A stretch of 64,000 nt of DNA from Ophelia neglecta. Taxonomy: Eukaryota. How positions within the stretch are numbered: the first letter of the stretch is position 1; the number at the start of each line of letters is the position of its first letter. The notes under the pieces were generated by a model. The model was not told where the DNA came from and ran no database searches. It saw only the letters and a list, made by a program, of their open reading frames with translations. Shown piece after piece: positions 35,401-49,328 of this stretch. A program made the translations under genes and the position numbers. The DNA is taken from the NCBI GenBank assembly GCA_965285935.1, contig OZ260662.1:31806001-31870000 (forward strand). The letters run 5' to 3'.

Positions 35401-38400
35401 ATTCGGTCATGCTCAACTGTAAATGTGAATATTTGCTGAATATTTATTTCATCTTCTTGCAGAGTACTTAGGAGTAGTATATGAATCACTAGACACTACT
35501 GGACCTAAGTGCAACCCAGCAATTGCAAATGCCACTGAGACCATTGAAAACATGCTGGGAACTGACCAGGGCAGAAAAGAGCTGAAGAAAATATTCAGGT
35601 ACTTAAATTGACGTAAATTGTTGTGTCATTGACTCACTGGCTTATATTGTAAATTGATTTTGTCAACAAGTATTTGTGCTTTTGCACATCTGGACTCATG
35701 CAGTCATGATTTTCAAAAAATGTAGTGGTTCTGATTTTTTCTGCTAGAGACTTATTAACTACCTTGCTTTACTTTACATTCTACCTATTTTCCATTTTCT
35801 GGCTGTCTCTGTTCTAAATGCTTGCTGCTTTATACCTTTTTAAGTATGAGTGTTTCACATTTCGTCTATGAAAAGGAGTTTGATCTTCATTGGAATCTTT
35901 ATCTCAGGTAACCTGTCATTTCAGATTATGCGATGACATAGATGTAAATAACAAAAATGATATTGCCAATCTGTTCACTAACCTTGCTGGAAACTTTGAA
36001 GGAGTTGTGCAGTACAACAAGGATAATCGTAAGTTTGAGGTGGGTATATATGTCATCCAAACAAACCAAACAGGCACAATTAGATGAAAGGACAATATTG
36101 GCTATGAATGTCTATTCTAAATATAAGCACTACATCACTTTCTTGGTGAAATGTGCATTCCAGAATTTTTGTTTGCTTCTGATTTGGTGCAGACTTAAGA
36201 GTATGTCCATTGGGCAGACAACAGTTCAAGCCTGCGTCACTCTGTGTAGCTGGTATTACAAGTCTGCGTCAGCAGTATGGTCAGAAATTATGGCCAATTT
36301 ATACTTGTGGTCATATTCACAGAGTTAAAATGATGTTCACAAAATGGATTTGAGAACATGATAGAATGGAAAAGAAAATGTGATCCCAAGTCTTCTTGCA
36401 TACTGCATAAATTTACAGAGCCAGTTGAAGTAGTGTTGGCATTCACAACAAGTATTGGTTTTCCCCTCCAGTCGATCGATGATCGTGAAAAGCTACTTCT
36501 GAATGCTCATTCAAGTGCACTGATTAGTGGAGACTGTCACCTGACCCAGGCAATAGTTAGAGTCCACATGTGCAGTGTAAACTTGCTGGAAGCAGACAAC
36601 TAATGCAGAGGCACAACAGGTCAACAGTACACATAGAAATTTATATGAGCCGCCATAATGGCTTCTGATACGAGCGTCCACTCTGTGAAGCGGCCAAAGA
36701 TAGATCTAAGACAAAGGCAGTCCTTTTTTGTCTTTGAAGATCTACAAGCCCACTAAAGGCTCACTGAGCCAGCCACGGAATCTGTTTAACTGTATTAAGA
36801 ATATGTCGCCTATGCTGTGACCTGCTCATGCATTTTTAACATCTTCTATTCTGGAGCCTGATGGCATGTGCAGTGACCAGGGCAACACTCAAAATTTGGT
36901 TTTTCCTTACACATGAGTCTTCTATCATCTCTTCTTAAATTGCACATGTTCATATATGAGTGACATCACTGTTCAGGTTCACTGCAGGTTCACAGTGGAA
37001 CATGTGTATACAATAGATATGAATTTAAAAGTTGGTCATCACCATGGCAATAGAAGGGCTTGATCGGCAGTGTTCCCCTGTACATGTATATCAAGATTAG
37101 CCCACACGACAACTGTTTAATTAGGCCAAAAAAAAAAATATTATGTTTCCTATTACATGGACAAAAAAAATAGGGTAGGTAGGTAGGAAAAAGTTTTTTT
37201 TTTGGAATTTTTTTTGTAATGATTCTCGCGGTGTGGGTGTAATTTTTTCAGTATTTTATCATTAAATGTGGTTAACTTTACCAATTCTGAGAACTACAAT
37301 GTTAAAACTGCAATTGAACAGGTTTTATTTCTTAACTACAACTGGAGTAAGTCGCGAGAATGAAATTTCTAGCGGACGGCGAGGGACGATGTTTCTTTGA
37401 CTTTGGCGAGAATTGTTAATTTTTTTTAAGATGCTCATAAAAATTTTAGGACCGGGCACCTTGTGCTAGGTAGGGTCGGGCGACCGGAAACATAATATTT
37501 TTTTTTTTGGCCTTATGGGCTGTAATATTTTGGCTGGACATTATAGTTCTAACATAAGAGCTTTGCTTTTGAATGGCCTGATTGAATTTTTAAAATCAAC
37601 AATTTTCAGGGAGCCATTGGCACTAATGTGACAATAAATGTATTGTGCAATATGATGACCAACTCATCCAAAGGAACTGCAGTTCAGAGATATGCTTATG
37701 TGAACTCTCTCATGTTGGACACGTATGGACAAAAATGCATGGACTTTAAGTATGACAGCATGATCAAAGATCTCCAGAAGATAAACTGGGCGAGCAGTGC
37801 GGCAGAGGGGGGTAAGTTGTCTGAATACTTTACAGGGTCAGACTAAGAAATGGGGTCTGTTTCCAGTCTGGGCAGATATAGAAATAGAGGGAAAGGCACC
37901 ACCACCTTCAACCAACCCCGTCCCCATCTAGCCCTGGGACAAGTATCTGAAAGTACTTGCTTTAAAAATGAGGGAATTGACCATGGTGCCAGTTTGTACT
38001 GACATATTTAGTGATTTATTTGCAGGCAGACAATGGATGTACCAGACATGTACAGAGTTTGGCTATTACCAGACTTCGGACTCAGCCAAGCAACCATTTG
38101 GTCAACACTTTCCTAAAAGGTGAGCATGATGATTCTTGTTCCCATTGGCATTGTTGATGAAACTGCTTAAACTGGCACTGTTGATTAAAAAATCCATGCT
38201 AATTCTGCTTTTTTTCAGTCATTAGCATGAATTTAACTATTAAGAAAATTCTACTTGTTTCATAAAAATCTATAACTTTATGTAATGTATATAACCTTAT
38301 AACTGTTTACTGAAGCAGTTTTTAAATACATTTTTCAGCTTTTCAGTCCAACAGTGCTCTGATATATTTGGGAAGAAATTCAATGAAACATTCATTCAGT

Positions 38401-40299
38401 ATGCCTGCAATAGGACCAATACAAAGTATGGAGGTACTCACCCCAGAATCTCTAGGATAGTCTTCCCCAACGGCTCAATTGACCCATGGCATGCCCTGGG
38501 AATAACATCAGACCTCAGTCCTGATGCAACTGCCATATACATAAAAGGTATGGTTTTTTTGTTATTGTTATATAATGCATTTGATTGTTTCCCTTTACCC
38601 CAATCTGTTCTTGCAGAATATCATGTGGCTAAAAATCATACCAAAAATGTTTGATCCATGGGGGAGGAAGTACAAATCATACAAGGTCCGAAAACCAGTC
38701 AACATTGAAGAGTAACCATTGCACCATTAAATCTGAAAACATGCATCTCTAGCTTATTAAGTAGTTACCAAATTAATAAAACAGAAAGTTTTTTTCTTCA
38801 CTTTTTATGAACAAATAGATTGTTTTATTGAACTTATTCTTACAAGTTTAGAGCACAGATTGGTATCAAGAAAGTAACAAGTTCAATTTCTCAACTAACT
38901 TTCTTGTGAAAGATATGTCAATCAATGAGAAAATGCCAACAGTTGTGACAATCTTGTTGAACCGCACAATAAATAAGTCAGGCTCCAAAATAAAAGGATC
39001 ATTGAATTTTTACTGCACGAGAAAAGGATGGGATAAACTCCTTCAGGAATAGGAGACCAGACTTGATGGAATAACCTCTTGTTTCACTCACTCCTGGGTG
39101 ACCTAGAAATAAAAATGTTCCTGTCATTGCCCACAAGCATGCCGTTCTTGTTTCATTTGGCAAATCCATGAGGATATTGCAATATATTCAAAAGTAATTA
39201 TTTCAGTGGTTTTTTTCTGAGTGTCATGCCTTTCCCTTACTAAAACCAATTGTTGTTGAACCTTAGTGAATATTCTTACACATACGAGATATATTTTGTG
39301 ATCTCTTAATTTTCTTGCTACCAATAAAATTCAAATTTCTGTTGGGGATCTGCCAAGAATTATGCATTAACTGGTATTTGCACTTGGGAGTGCAATAGAG
39401 TCCATATAAACAATGATTCATAGCACAGTCTTAACAAATAAATATCAAGTTTCTTTCATCACTGTTAAATTAAATTGAGTACTGAATAGATTGTTACACA
39501 GTTCTTAGTATTGAGGTTATCACATATAGACTGCACCCCATTTAGTGGGGCAAATTGAAGTAAGTTGTTCTCATCGAAATATTGCCTGAGAGTTTGTGGA
39601 GTTTTGTAACAAAGTGTATGTAATTCTTTTATAGTTCTCATACATTGACGATGCTGACTTTGAGATACTTTGTGATACATTTATGCAAAGGGTGGCTTTG
39701 GCATTAATTATGACTGTTTGAAAGTGCCTGAACTGATCCAATTTCTAAGTGTTACATTTTGTCAGTATAAGTGGTTTGTAGTAAACAGAGTAACACCTTC
39801 TAACAATTTTGCAAACTTCAGGTCTCTCGCAATTGGCAATGTTCACCCAGACAATATTTGTGCACAGCTCACAATTAAAAAAAGATAACCCGCTATGTGA
39901 TGCTAGTATTTCAAACCATGCTCTTTCTTAATAATTTGAACATATAATCTTATGATCACAATAGATTTAAGTGGCTGAAATATCATTATTTTTATTATAC
40001 TAGCTCTAATGTAAATGTATAAAACCTAGGTTAATGATTATTTCCAATTTTTCCGCTTTCTGTGTACCCCAATGAAATTAGGTGGGTTACCCAATATTAT
40101 GTTGAATGGCTCAGATATCTATTTTTCCAGCATCAAGAGATAAAAAATCTGTTTTCTAAATGATCTTTAAATATTATATGATTTGCCTGTAGGTACTGCT
40201 CACTGTGCAAACATGTACCCTGACTCGCCCAGTGACCCACCACAGCTTACCCAGGCTAGAGTACAGATCAGAAAACTGATAGGACAGTGGATAGCTTGA
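32434..40299 (+). CDS. PRSS16: Family S28 serine peptidase (PRSS16 / K12H4.7-like), 497 aa. Exons 32434-32649, 33456-33637, 34375-34511, 35115-35210, 35463-35598, 35925-36039, 37610-37811, 38026-38119, 38339-38547, 40193-40299
   Basis: Phase-consistent exons totalling 1494 nt. Signal peptide; [50 protein letters not shown] (Ser), [20 protein letters not shown] (Asp), GTAHCANMY (His). The symbol is family-level; orthology is untested. Confidence 0.95.
33009..33088. mobile_element. 80-bp perfect palindrome (two 40-bp TIRs, no spacer) with 8-bp TSD; P- or hAT-type mini element
   Basis: cacaggtgctagtgtcaatgctacccactgtgtataagag followed directly by its exact reverse complement; tgataggc at 33001-33008 and 33089-33096; CA...TG ends. 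Confidence 0.92.
37124..37512. mobile_element. Tourist-like (PIF/Harbinger) MITE, 389 bp, in a peptidase intron
   Basis: TIR ggcc(a)n tattatgtttcc / ggaaacataata(t)n ggcc; TSD TTA (37121-37123, 37513-37515). Confidence 0.88.
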
Positions 40300-43200
40300 A
40301 CCTAATGGATATATATATATTATATATATAATATCACTTTTATATATCAAAGCACAGTCATGAATATTGATTTCAGTCTGATCACAGTCTAATTATACCA
40401 TGAAATCCTTTACTCCTTTACAGACTTTGTATATTAGGTAATTTTCCTTGTTTTTTATATTGAATAAGCCCAATTGTAAAAAACTAAAGAGGGTAATGTG
40501 CTTTATTGAGAAGCATTTTATCATCCTTGTAGTAAATCTATCTGTGATTGTTCCATGATGTTACTGCAATTTGTATACTTTTAAATTGCAAGCATCTTTC
40601 TGAAGCAAACATAACAATCTTTAAATAGTTTTGTTAATTTGTTTGTGCTCTGGTTTTCTTTATTAGGGAACAAGAAAACAAATAATATAAAGATCTGATT
40701 CTGATAGTGTTAATCAAAATATTTTATATGTGCATTTACACTTTGTAAAAAATATGAAGAATGTGTCATCAGCTGTAAATATGAGATGTATATTTTGTGC
40801 GATGAAATAAATAGTTTTGCATAAATTACTGGTATATAACAATTTAGTGCATTCTATTACCTAACTTCTGTTTTGAAAGCCCTTCCCTTATAAAGTATTC
40901 ACAGTATGTTTTCCTCGTTCTGGATTTATACTGAGTTGATTATAAAAATAGATTTTTGCCAAATTTTGCCAATGAAGCCCTTGAAACATTTTATCATTGG
41001 ACACATGACAAGAATTTTGCCGGTGAAATAAACATACATGTACATCACAATAATATATTGAGCATAGGGATGGATTGATATATGTGTCCTCATCAAGGAA
41101 AGCGATGATCACAGAACCATGGGAGATATTGCATGCTGAATAAATTAACCTAACAATAAACAAGGTGTTTAGAAATGCAAGCCCCCCACCAATTAAAAGG
41201 GTTAGTAAACATGTCTGTCAGAAAAGTCATATCAAGGGTAGTATTCCCCCCCCCCCCTCCAAAAAAAAGACCCTCAAAATATTTATTTGCTCAAATATGC
41301 ATGAAACGGTGATCAGAACACTTAAATTGCCTGAAATGATGGCAAAAGAAAACACTATATTATTTCTATTCTAAGAAAAGCACATTTAGCCGGAAATTTA
41401 GCCGCAAGAAACAAGTCCAAAAAAATTCCTGCTCCCGACCAGAAATCTTTTTTTGCTCAAAACTCTCAAAATTATTAATAATTTGCCATTTATGGGTCTA
41501 GGCTTATTCTTAAATAAATTATATTTCAATACATGAATCACAAATCAATCACGCATATAATTCTTCATATGTATATTACACAAAACCTCTTTTTCCTTCC
41601 TATTAATTGTAGCCACTGTTGTTTCTTGATAAGTAACGTAATGGCTACACTATTGCATGGAATCACCCAATCAGATGCATGGCGTGCAGGCAAACTGAGA
41701 TATTTACACACTGTCACGGCGCTACCTGTGGAAATAACTCATTCATTTTATTTAGTAATTATTATAGCTGATGGTCATTAAATAGTTTATTATATCCTGA
41801 TTTGTAATTGAGACAATCATAAATGCTTTTCATAAAGAAAATTAGTAACATTGCATTTTTGAGGTACAACAAACTAAAATAAGGAATGTATGGAATATGC
41901 GCTGTTCACAGGGTGTAAGCACTTTCAAGTGCATACCCTGAAAAACCTAGCTGGTGAAGGTGTGTTTAAATAAGTTTTATCGAATTGCCAATATAATTAG
42001 CTACAAATTCGTTTAATAAAATATCCAAACGAGTTTTTTCTATGATTAACTGTGCTAGAGGCTAAAATGGCCGCTTATGCAAACCTCATGCCATATTTTA
42101 ACCTTATGTCATGCCCTAGTGAACCGCAGAGATGCACATTAAGCGCATTGATTGGCTCTCTTTCCTGTCCCGACTACCGATATGGTTGTTTTACTTTACT
42201 TGTACTGAAGACGATTCGTGAACATCGTCGGTCTGCTATCAACAGTGGGATTAACGTTTAGGAAAGACCAAGATCTACAAACTGCTTGATATATGTGTGA
42301 GATTTCAGTATTTCGAATTTGCGAAACAGTAAGTCTTATAGCTCTAACCATATTCTAAGTAAATTAGATTATGATTGATGAATGGTGGTCGAGTAAAATA
42401 TTATATAGTTTCTATTTACATTTAAGGACCTCTTAAATATTAAATATATAATAAATTAATGATTCTCTTTTAGACAGATCGGTTTAAAAATTTTGTTGCC
42501 ATTGTTTTAAAAGTTACGCATTAAAGATTGCAACGGCTTTAATAACATCATCTGTAATTCTTCTTTGTCGGTAGTTGGTACTAATATATGATACATTGTA
42601 ATGCGATGAACATACATGTAGGGATGTTTATATACAAGCGTATCGGCCACGGATAAGTACACATCTTGCATTGAAGTTCCCTGGCTGGTTATTTATAAAG
42701 TAGCAATTGAAGGAAAATACAAGACAAATTGATTAACATATGATAAATTGCACCAGCGGCAGCGTGCCGTATTATAACATGGAATAGGCTTTAACTTTAT
42801 GTGTATGTTTTTCTATTAAATAAATTCATAATCGGGCCTTAGAAGTGAATGTGACCCAGGCAGTCCTTAAGTATTTCTAGCTCCTTTAAACGCATAGCTA
42901 GTATATTTCAACATTCCATTCAACAGTATGGCCTCTGGTGAAAAAGGTTCATCTTGATCAGTATAGAATCTTATAAACACAAAGAAGTTTTCATTGAAAT
43001 GAAGCTGAGGTTTTAAATCACATGGATTGAATCGTTACTCTCTTGGTCTGATGATCACAATTAACCTTAAGTTCACCGTCATTCGGACGGAGTCAGTCAT
43101 CTGGTTAAAATTTATTTGATTTCAAACAGTTGAGATATGTCTTCTGCCAACAGCGTCTTCACAACATGCTCTTCTTTTGTTGTTTACAATAATTGACTTT

Positions 43201-43987
43201 CTGAAGAATACATTTCTTATGTCACTTAGGGACAAAGCCACATCATAAAGTTTTCCATCCAAGTTTTGAAAGTGTAACGTTACGCATTTGAATCAGGGCG
43301 CTATTAAGGGTTGGGGAAGCGTTGATACAGGCTAGTGTTAAGCATATTTGACTGTCCGCTAAAAGGAAAATGATTCATTTCCTTACTAAGAACGATTTTA
43401 ATTGTTTTTATCATTCTGTGTTCCATCGGCATATATCTAAGCACGCCAAAAACATTACAAACCATATGCTCCCACATTAGATCCAGCTCTTCGCCGCCAA
43501 GACTACGGATTCAGCTATTTCTGAAGGCAAAATTGATGCCAATGGTAGCGTTGTTGAGTTTATTAACTAAATTGACCAAAAATGATTAATGGGGTCCAAA
43601 AATTGAAATATGCTTATAAGCTAGGCCTTGAACAAATGATCAAACACTTATTTCACTTATACTCGGGGAATCCTCACAATTGAATACACTAAAAAACATA
43701 GATAATTTACCACCGTTGCTGACATGTTGTCCAAAATGATAGCAAAGTGTGGATTTGTCATCGAAAAAGAACCTGTGGCATCGCATTCGCACTTTTTCGA
43801 CATGGGTTTTATACTTCATGCTTAATTCAATAACATATATTGAGATTAATATGGTTGATATATAAATGCGATTTTTTTAGCTCTATTATTTGGCTTTGGC
43901 TGATTTGTTGTAAGCTCTACACGCTGTTCATCAAACAATAAATGTTTTCTAATGCATTATGTTTGTAGGTGAAAAACATCTTTTGCG

Positions 43988-46900
43988 ATGAAGACTGTCA
44001 TTCTTTGCACCCTTCTTACTGCCATTCTTTTGCCTACTTCTATGGTTGATGCAGAAGATAATGTGCTTAAAATATCTGCATTCAACATTCAAATATTTGG
44101 CCTAACCAAAGCGAGTAAACCGGAAGTGATGACCACAATTGTTAAGGTTGGTAAAGTCATTATGCATTGCAAATCATATTTTCGTCTGGGAACAATAACT
44201 TGTGCGCTCGATTTCATAACTCTTAAGTCATTAATAGTATTCTTAATTTACGTTGATATATACAGCAGAATAGTAATTATTAATTATTCAAGGCAAATGT
44301 ACATGACTTTGTCGCTTTTCTCTTATCGCAGATAATAAGAAAATATGACATCATATTAATTCAAGAAATCAGAGATTCATCTAATACGGCAATCTATCAG
44401 TTGTTGGATAAAGTGAATGGTCACGGGTCTGTACCGAACATGAAATAAACATATATAACCTTTTTTCTCTGTGAAGATTGAAATGTTTGACACTCACATA
44501 AAAATTTATCGGGTTTAGTTACTCAACTTGTTTCTGTTCTGTTGCAAACATTTTGTCTGCGCACTAAAGGGGAAACTATTCATATCTCTATTTCAGAGCA
44601 CCACTTTATGAAATGGAACTAAGTGAAAGACTAGGAAGAACCAGTAGCAAAGAGCAATATGCTTTTTTTTATCGGTAGAGCTTTAACTTTTCATTGTATT
44701 TGTACTTTTCCACTATGACTTAAATTCAAACAAAATGGGATAATTATGTTCAAGAAGTGGTCTCAAAAAATGCAGTAATAATAAATTCATACATTCAGTC
44801 GTATAATAATGGTACAGATATTGCCCCAAAACGATTGACATTATGCAAAAATTATTACTTTAAGGAACAATGCTAACATCAGTGTGGAACAAACCTACCA
44901 ATACCCAGACATAAACCCCGAGGATGTATTTGAGAGAGAACCGTTTGCAGTGAAGTTTTCCATTGGAGATATAAGTGAATATCAAAATACATCCGTTGAC
45001 AGGCAATTTTAATGAAAAAAACAGGAGTGAATATTCGGTAGACAAAGACAAATCATGAATGTAATATAGTCCATTACTATAAATGTGATTCCACCTGGGG
45101 AAAAAAATAAGTTTCCCAGTTTGGGTCTTACCACTGTTAGTGCCAATGCTGCATATGGGTAAATATACTCTGCTTCAATGCGTAAATATTTAACCAATTG
45201 TCTAAAATCAACATGCATGTTCACCTGTGCTTTTTACATGTTGGTCTTTGCAGCAGTGAAAGAAATTGTTCTGGTCGGAATTCACATCAAGCATAGTGAG
45301 GCTGTGGAAGAAATGAATGCTTTGGATGGCGTCCATGATATCATATTAGAAGAAATGGGAACAGAGAACATTCTGATATTGGGAGACCTAAATGTAGATT
45401 GTTCCTATGTTACCCAGACTGAAATGGATAATTTGTTACTGAGAAATGATCCTAAATATAATTGGTTGATTGGAGATGAAATAGACACAACTGTTAAAAC
45501 AACTACGAACTGTGCTTACGATAGGTAAGGTGGCATATTGGATTTGAACAGTTGTTCTTTAAAGTATCAGAGTTCAATACAGTTGTTCATTAGAGTTTTT
45601 AATCTTCTAACTCTGTTAATACTTCAATGCTTATGAACTGTGAGACGACAACTGGGAAACAATACACAATTGTTTTTATGCTTCCAGGTTCGTTTTGATC
45701 GGAAAATACTTCTTTGACAGAGTTGTTCCGGGTAGTGCTCGGGTTTTTCGATTCGACACGGAATATGAACTAACTCAGAGTCAGGTACAATCACATACTC
45801 AATATGTAGCGCTTCAGTGTATTATAAAGTAAAAATAACATTTCAAACATGTTAAAGTTAAAACATTTGATCACTGAGAAATAATATGCCGTGTCCATGG
45901 ATCTTAACAAAATGGGAGTAGGTACCAAGCATAAGCAAAATGACTAAAAGTCGGATACAAGGTGATTGCAACTTTTTACTGAATGCACTTCGGCTACCAA
46001 AACTTTTTGGGGTAGAATCTGAACATTTTGATTTATGTGATACACAAAATGATTTCTTTGCACCGTTGATTAAGGTAATAAATTTATAATTATATGCCTA
46101 TAATGTTTGATTGAACCAGTCTTTGAATAAATTCTGGCAACACACCCGTTAGTCGAAGCAGAAATGCCGAACAACTCTAAGTAGCACGCGCACATAGTAA
46201 ATGCCCACCCTCATACCAGAGACCTGTTGTTTTTTAAGTCGGGATCATATTGGAGTACAGATTTCAATTACTCGTTGATATACGATTTCCTTAACCGATA
46301 GATCTATCAGTTGAACTTTTTATAAAGCTTGATGGACATAGACGTTCAAGGACGTGCTTTTAGGATCATGCCTTTTTCAGTCTGCTTTTAACTAAACCGA
46401 CCGAAACCAATTTACAGAACCAGAGTTATTCAGATTAAAACGGACGTTTTTTCACAGATAAATTTTTCCCAGTTTGCTTATGTATAATGCATGCCTTTAG
46501 AACTTTTAAAATAATGAAAAGTTTCCATTAGGCTTGAGTAGAGAGGAGAGACAATATATAATTGATGGTTCCTCTTTGGACTGTTCGTTTTACACAGGTT
46601 CTGGTTGCCATTGTTTTAAAACCCTACGCGGCATAAGACTACACTTGCTTTAGAGGTTCAGTCCAGCTCATCTAAGAACTATAGTGATAAAACAGCGTAT
46701 GCTGCAGATGTACCTGTTCAGTCATAATAAGAACAATTGATATTTTATTTTCATCATAAACCAATTTTTTTTAGAATTTTGGATTTGATGTTTGCAAGTG
46801 GTCCTATTTGGACCGAAGTAATTTTATAAATACTCTAACGAATAATGATTTTGACAACAATCGATCTCGGCCCACATTTCTACATTGGCCTAGCGTCTCT

Positions 46901-48008
46901 TGAAAATCTTCAAATCAGTTATCCGTGTGGCGGGCCATTTGAACCCCACCTGCCAGACACTAACATTATACTAATAATCCTGACCCTTATACCACATCTA
47001 CTCAATGGATCGAGATCGTTGTCGGCAGAGTTTGCAGTTTAAAATTGCAATGACACGCATTCGCCATATTAATTGCGCTTGAGAATTTGACGAAGGAAAA
47101 TAAAGGTGATTCGCTATTTTCAATTAACCGTTAAATTATAACATCGCAGGCACTCTTAACCATTGGAAAACAACGCGAACTTCGAGGGCTACACCCGGCA
47201 GACATAGATATAATGGTTTTCACGAGGCGTTGGTATTTATGGAGGGCAACAAATTGCAATCATGAATTGATAATAACGATATTAGGATGTATAAGTAACT
47301 TTGCTGGTGTATTGCTTTGAATTTTTTGACCTTTCGCTTTACTTCGGGCGAACGGGTGATAGGGTAAGGAATAAATTGGGAGGGGTACGGCTGTGGATGG
47401 TCTTGCATCATCGTATCTTCTCTTCCCGAGAGAAAGTTTATGTAAGAGACTTTTGTTAACGCTTTGGAAACAATTAGTATATAATATTATTAAGTAGGAA
47501 AAGCCGAATAGGAACATAGGACCCAACGTGTCTCAAACTAGTGAGCAGTGTCAAATGTGAACTCAGTTGTTTCGAAAAAGTATACAATGTCAAATATGGA
47601 ATCATTTTTCATAATGTGGATATGTTAATAAATGTCAAATAGGGTAACAGGAATGTCAGATTGGGAATAAATAATTACTTCATTATGAATAAATACGGGT
47701 TTACTACACTTTCACGTGCGCTGTACATGTTAAAAGAAGAGTTATTAAATTTGCCTTTGTAAATTTCTAATATATGTTCACCCTAATGAAGTAGGTTTTC
47801 TCAGTTGTTACTTCATTTGTCCACTTTATGTTTGAGCAAACTAATGAGTATTAAGCTTTTCTGTCAGGCTGAAGATGTAAGTGATCATTACCCGATAGAG
47901 ATGAATGTGAACATTCTGACCAAAGAAGACTTAATAGCAAATTACATCGCTTCAACGACGCAGGCGCTGCAAGAGCTTTTGACCCAATTGGGAGATAGCT
48001 GCAATTGA
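43988..48008 (+). CDS. DNASE1: Deoxyribonuclease I-like secreted nuclease, about 316 aa. Exons 43988-44146, 44332-44426, 44597-44674, 44865-44974, 45254-45524, 45688-45784, 47868-48008
   Basis: Phase-consistent exons totalling 951 nt. Signal peptide; LKISAFNIQIFG, YDIILIQEIRD, SERLGRTSSKEQYAFFYR, DVFEREPF, GIH (His), GDLNVDCSYV, DTTV...CAYDR, SDHYPIE (His). Donors of exons 2 and 4 are less certain; the symbol is family-level. Confidence 0.93.
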
Positions 48009-48568
48009 AATCAAAGGGTGATGTCATCGAACATTTTCTCGCATTGAAAGCTTAACTGCAGTTCACAGACTTCACATCTCCACCTGGACAGGTACCAGTT
48101 TGCATACTTTTCCCATCAAGTCTGGCAAGAACAGAGAGTGTCTACACCTTATGTGATTCAAAGATTATACGGGATTAAAAGTTCGTTCTTTCTTGTACTC
48201 CGGTGTACAAAAATAGTTTGAGCATCTGTCATATGAAGAAGGTAAATACATTTTGTGTAATATATATATGTGTGTATATGGCGTTTGACAAAATAATAAG
48301 TGTTATAATTACTTACTGTATAAAATTGATTGATTGCACGCAATATCATATTTTCTATGGCGCAGACTTGTAATAATATATTTCATTGTGCTTAATTATA
48401 TTAACATACATACTGTCTACAGTACTATTACACTTATACTCTGTACTTACTATCATTAAATTGAATACGTAGCTAATTGAGTATTATTGCAAACCGGAAA
48501 GGTATGTAAAGGAACTTAACAAAATGTTGTTTGAATGTTTACTGTAGCAAGCTCAGTTGGCAATATTA

Positions 48569-49328
48569 CAGCAGAAACTCGTCACATAAAGAATAGCAAA
48601 AATAAATAAAAATCCCAAACTCGGTTTGAATGCAGAAATCACAAATCAATTTGCAGCTGACGTTACTTCCTATGAGATTGGCGGGTACAGGCCTGTGACC
48701 TGTTTACGGGTGCCTACCTATATATAGATGCGGGAAATCCCGTGTTATTACAACAGCGCTAAATTGAAACAAGGGATCCAATCTGCCGAAGTCGTCATCT
48801 TGTCATGATCAAGGCTTTGAGCCGAGATCTCCAGTGGAGAGTGATATACCAATTTCACATTCATGGAATTTCTCCTAAATATATCGCGGAAAATTTATTC
48901 ATATCGCTCTCCAATGTTTACAAACTGATACGGCAGTACCAACGCACCGGCGATGTTCAGGCTAGGAAATCCGGAGGCAGGCAGCACACTCGTGACCAGC
49001 ACTTGACCTCTGACGTCACAAAACGCGGTAAGGTTCGAATATGGTAATATTGTGTTTATGCCAGTACGGGAAATGAAATAACCTAAAGTTGCACACCGCG
49101 AGAAATAAAGAAAAACGAAACCTATCATGTATTTCATAGCCAAAGAACATACCTTCCCTACTAGTTAGCGTTACAATTAATGTACCCACTACGAGAGTAC
49201 TGGGGAAGCCACTTCCAATCTCATAGGAAGTGACGTCAGCTGCAAATTGATTTGTGATTTCTGCATCCAAACCGAGTTGGGGATTTTTTTTTTTTTTTTG
49301 CTTTTCTTTATGTGACGAGTTTCTGCTG
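48569..49328 (+). mobile_element. Internally deleted Tc1/mariner (IS630-Tc1-mariner) element, 760 bp
   Basis: TIRs of about 112 bp starting cagcagaaactcgtcacataaagaa; TA on both sides (48567-48568, 49329-49330); internal ORF encoding a transposase N-terminus. Confidence 0.9.
48805..49047 (+). CDS. Truncated transposase, N-terminal HTH DNA-binding domain only (80 aa)
   Basis: KALSRDLQWRVI...GISPKYIAENLFISLSNVYKLIRQYQRTGDV...GGR fits the paired-like HTH plus GRP-like motif of IS630/Tc1 transposases. TATA-like tatata at about 48719-48727. Confidence 0.65.
   Translation: MIKALSRDLQWRVIYQFHIHGISPKYIAENLFISLSNVYKLIRQYQRTGDVQARKSGGRQHTRDQHLTSDVTKRGKVRIW

Noticed and set aside
36130-37000. Coding-like, GC-richer intronic segment with short ORFs
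   Set aside because: No recognisable motif and frequent stops; probably an old repeat that I cannot classify.
41165-41950. Possible Helitron/Helentron-type element ending in a hairpin (41909-41940) followed by CTAG
   Set aside because: No definable 5' end, the base after CTAG is not T, and there is no second copy in the window for comparison.
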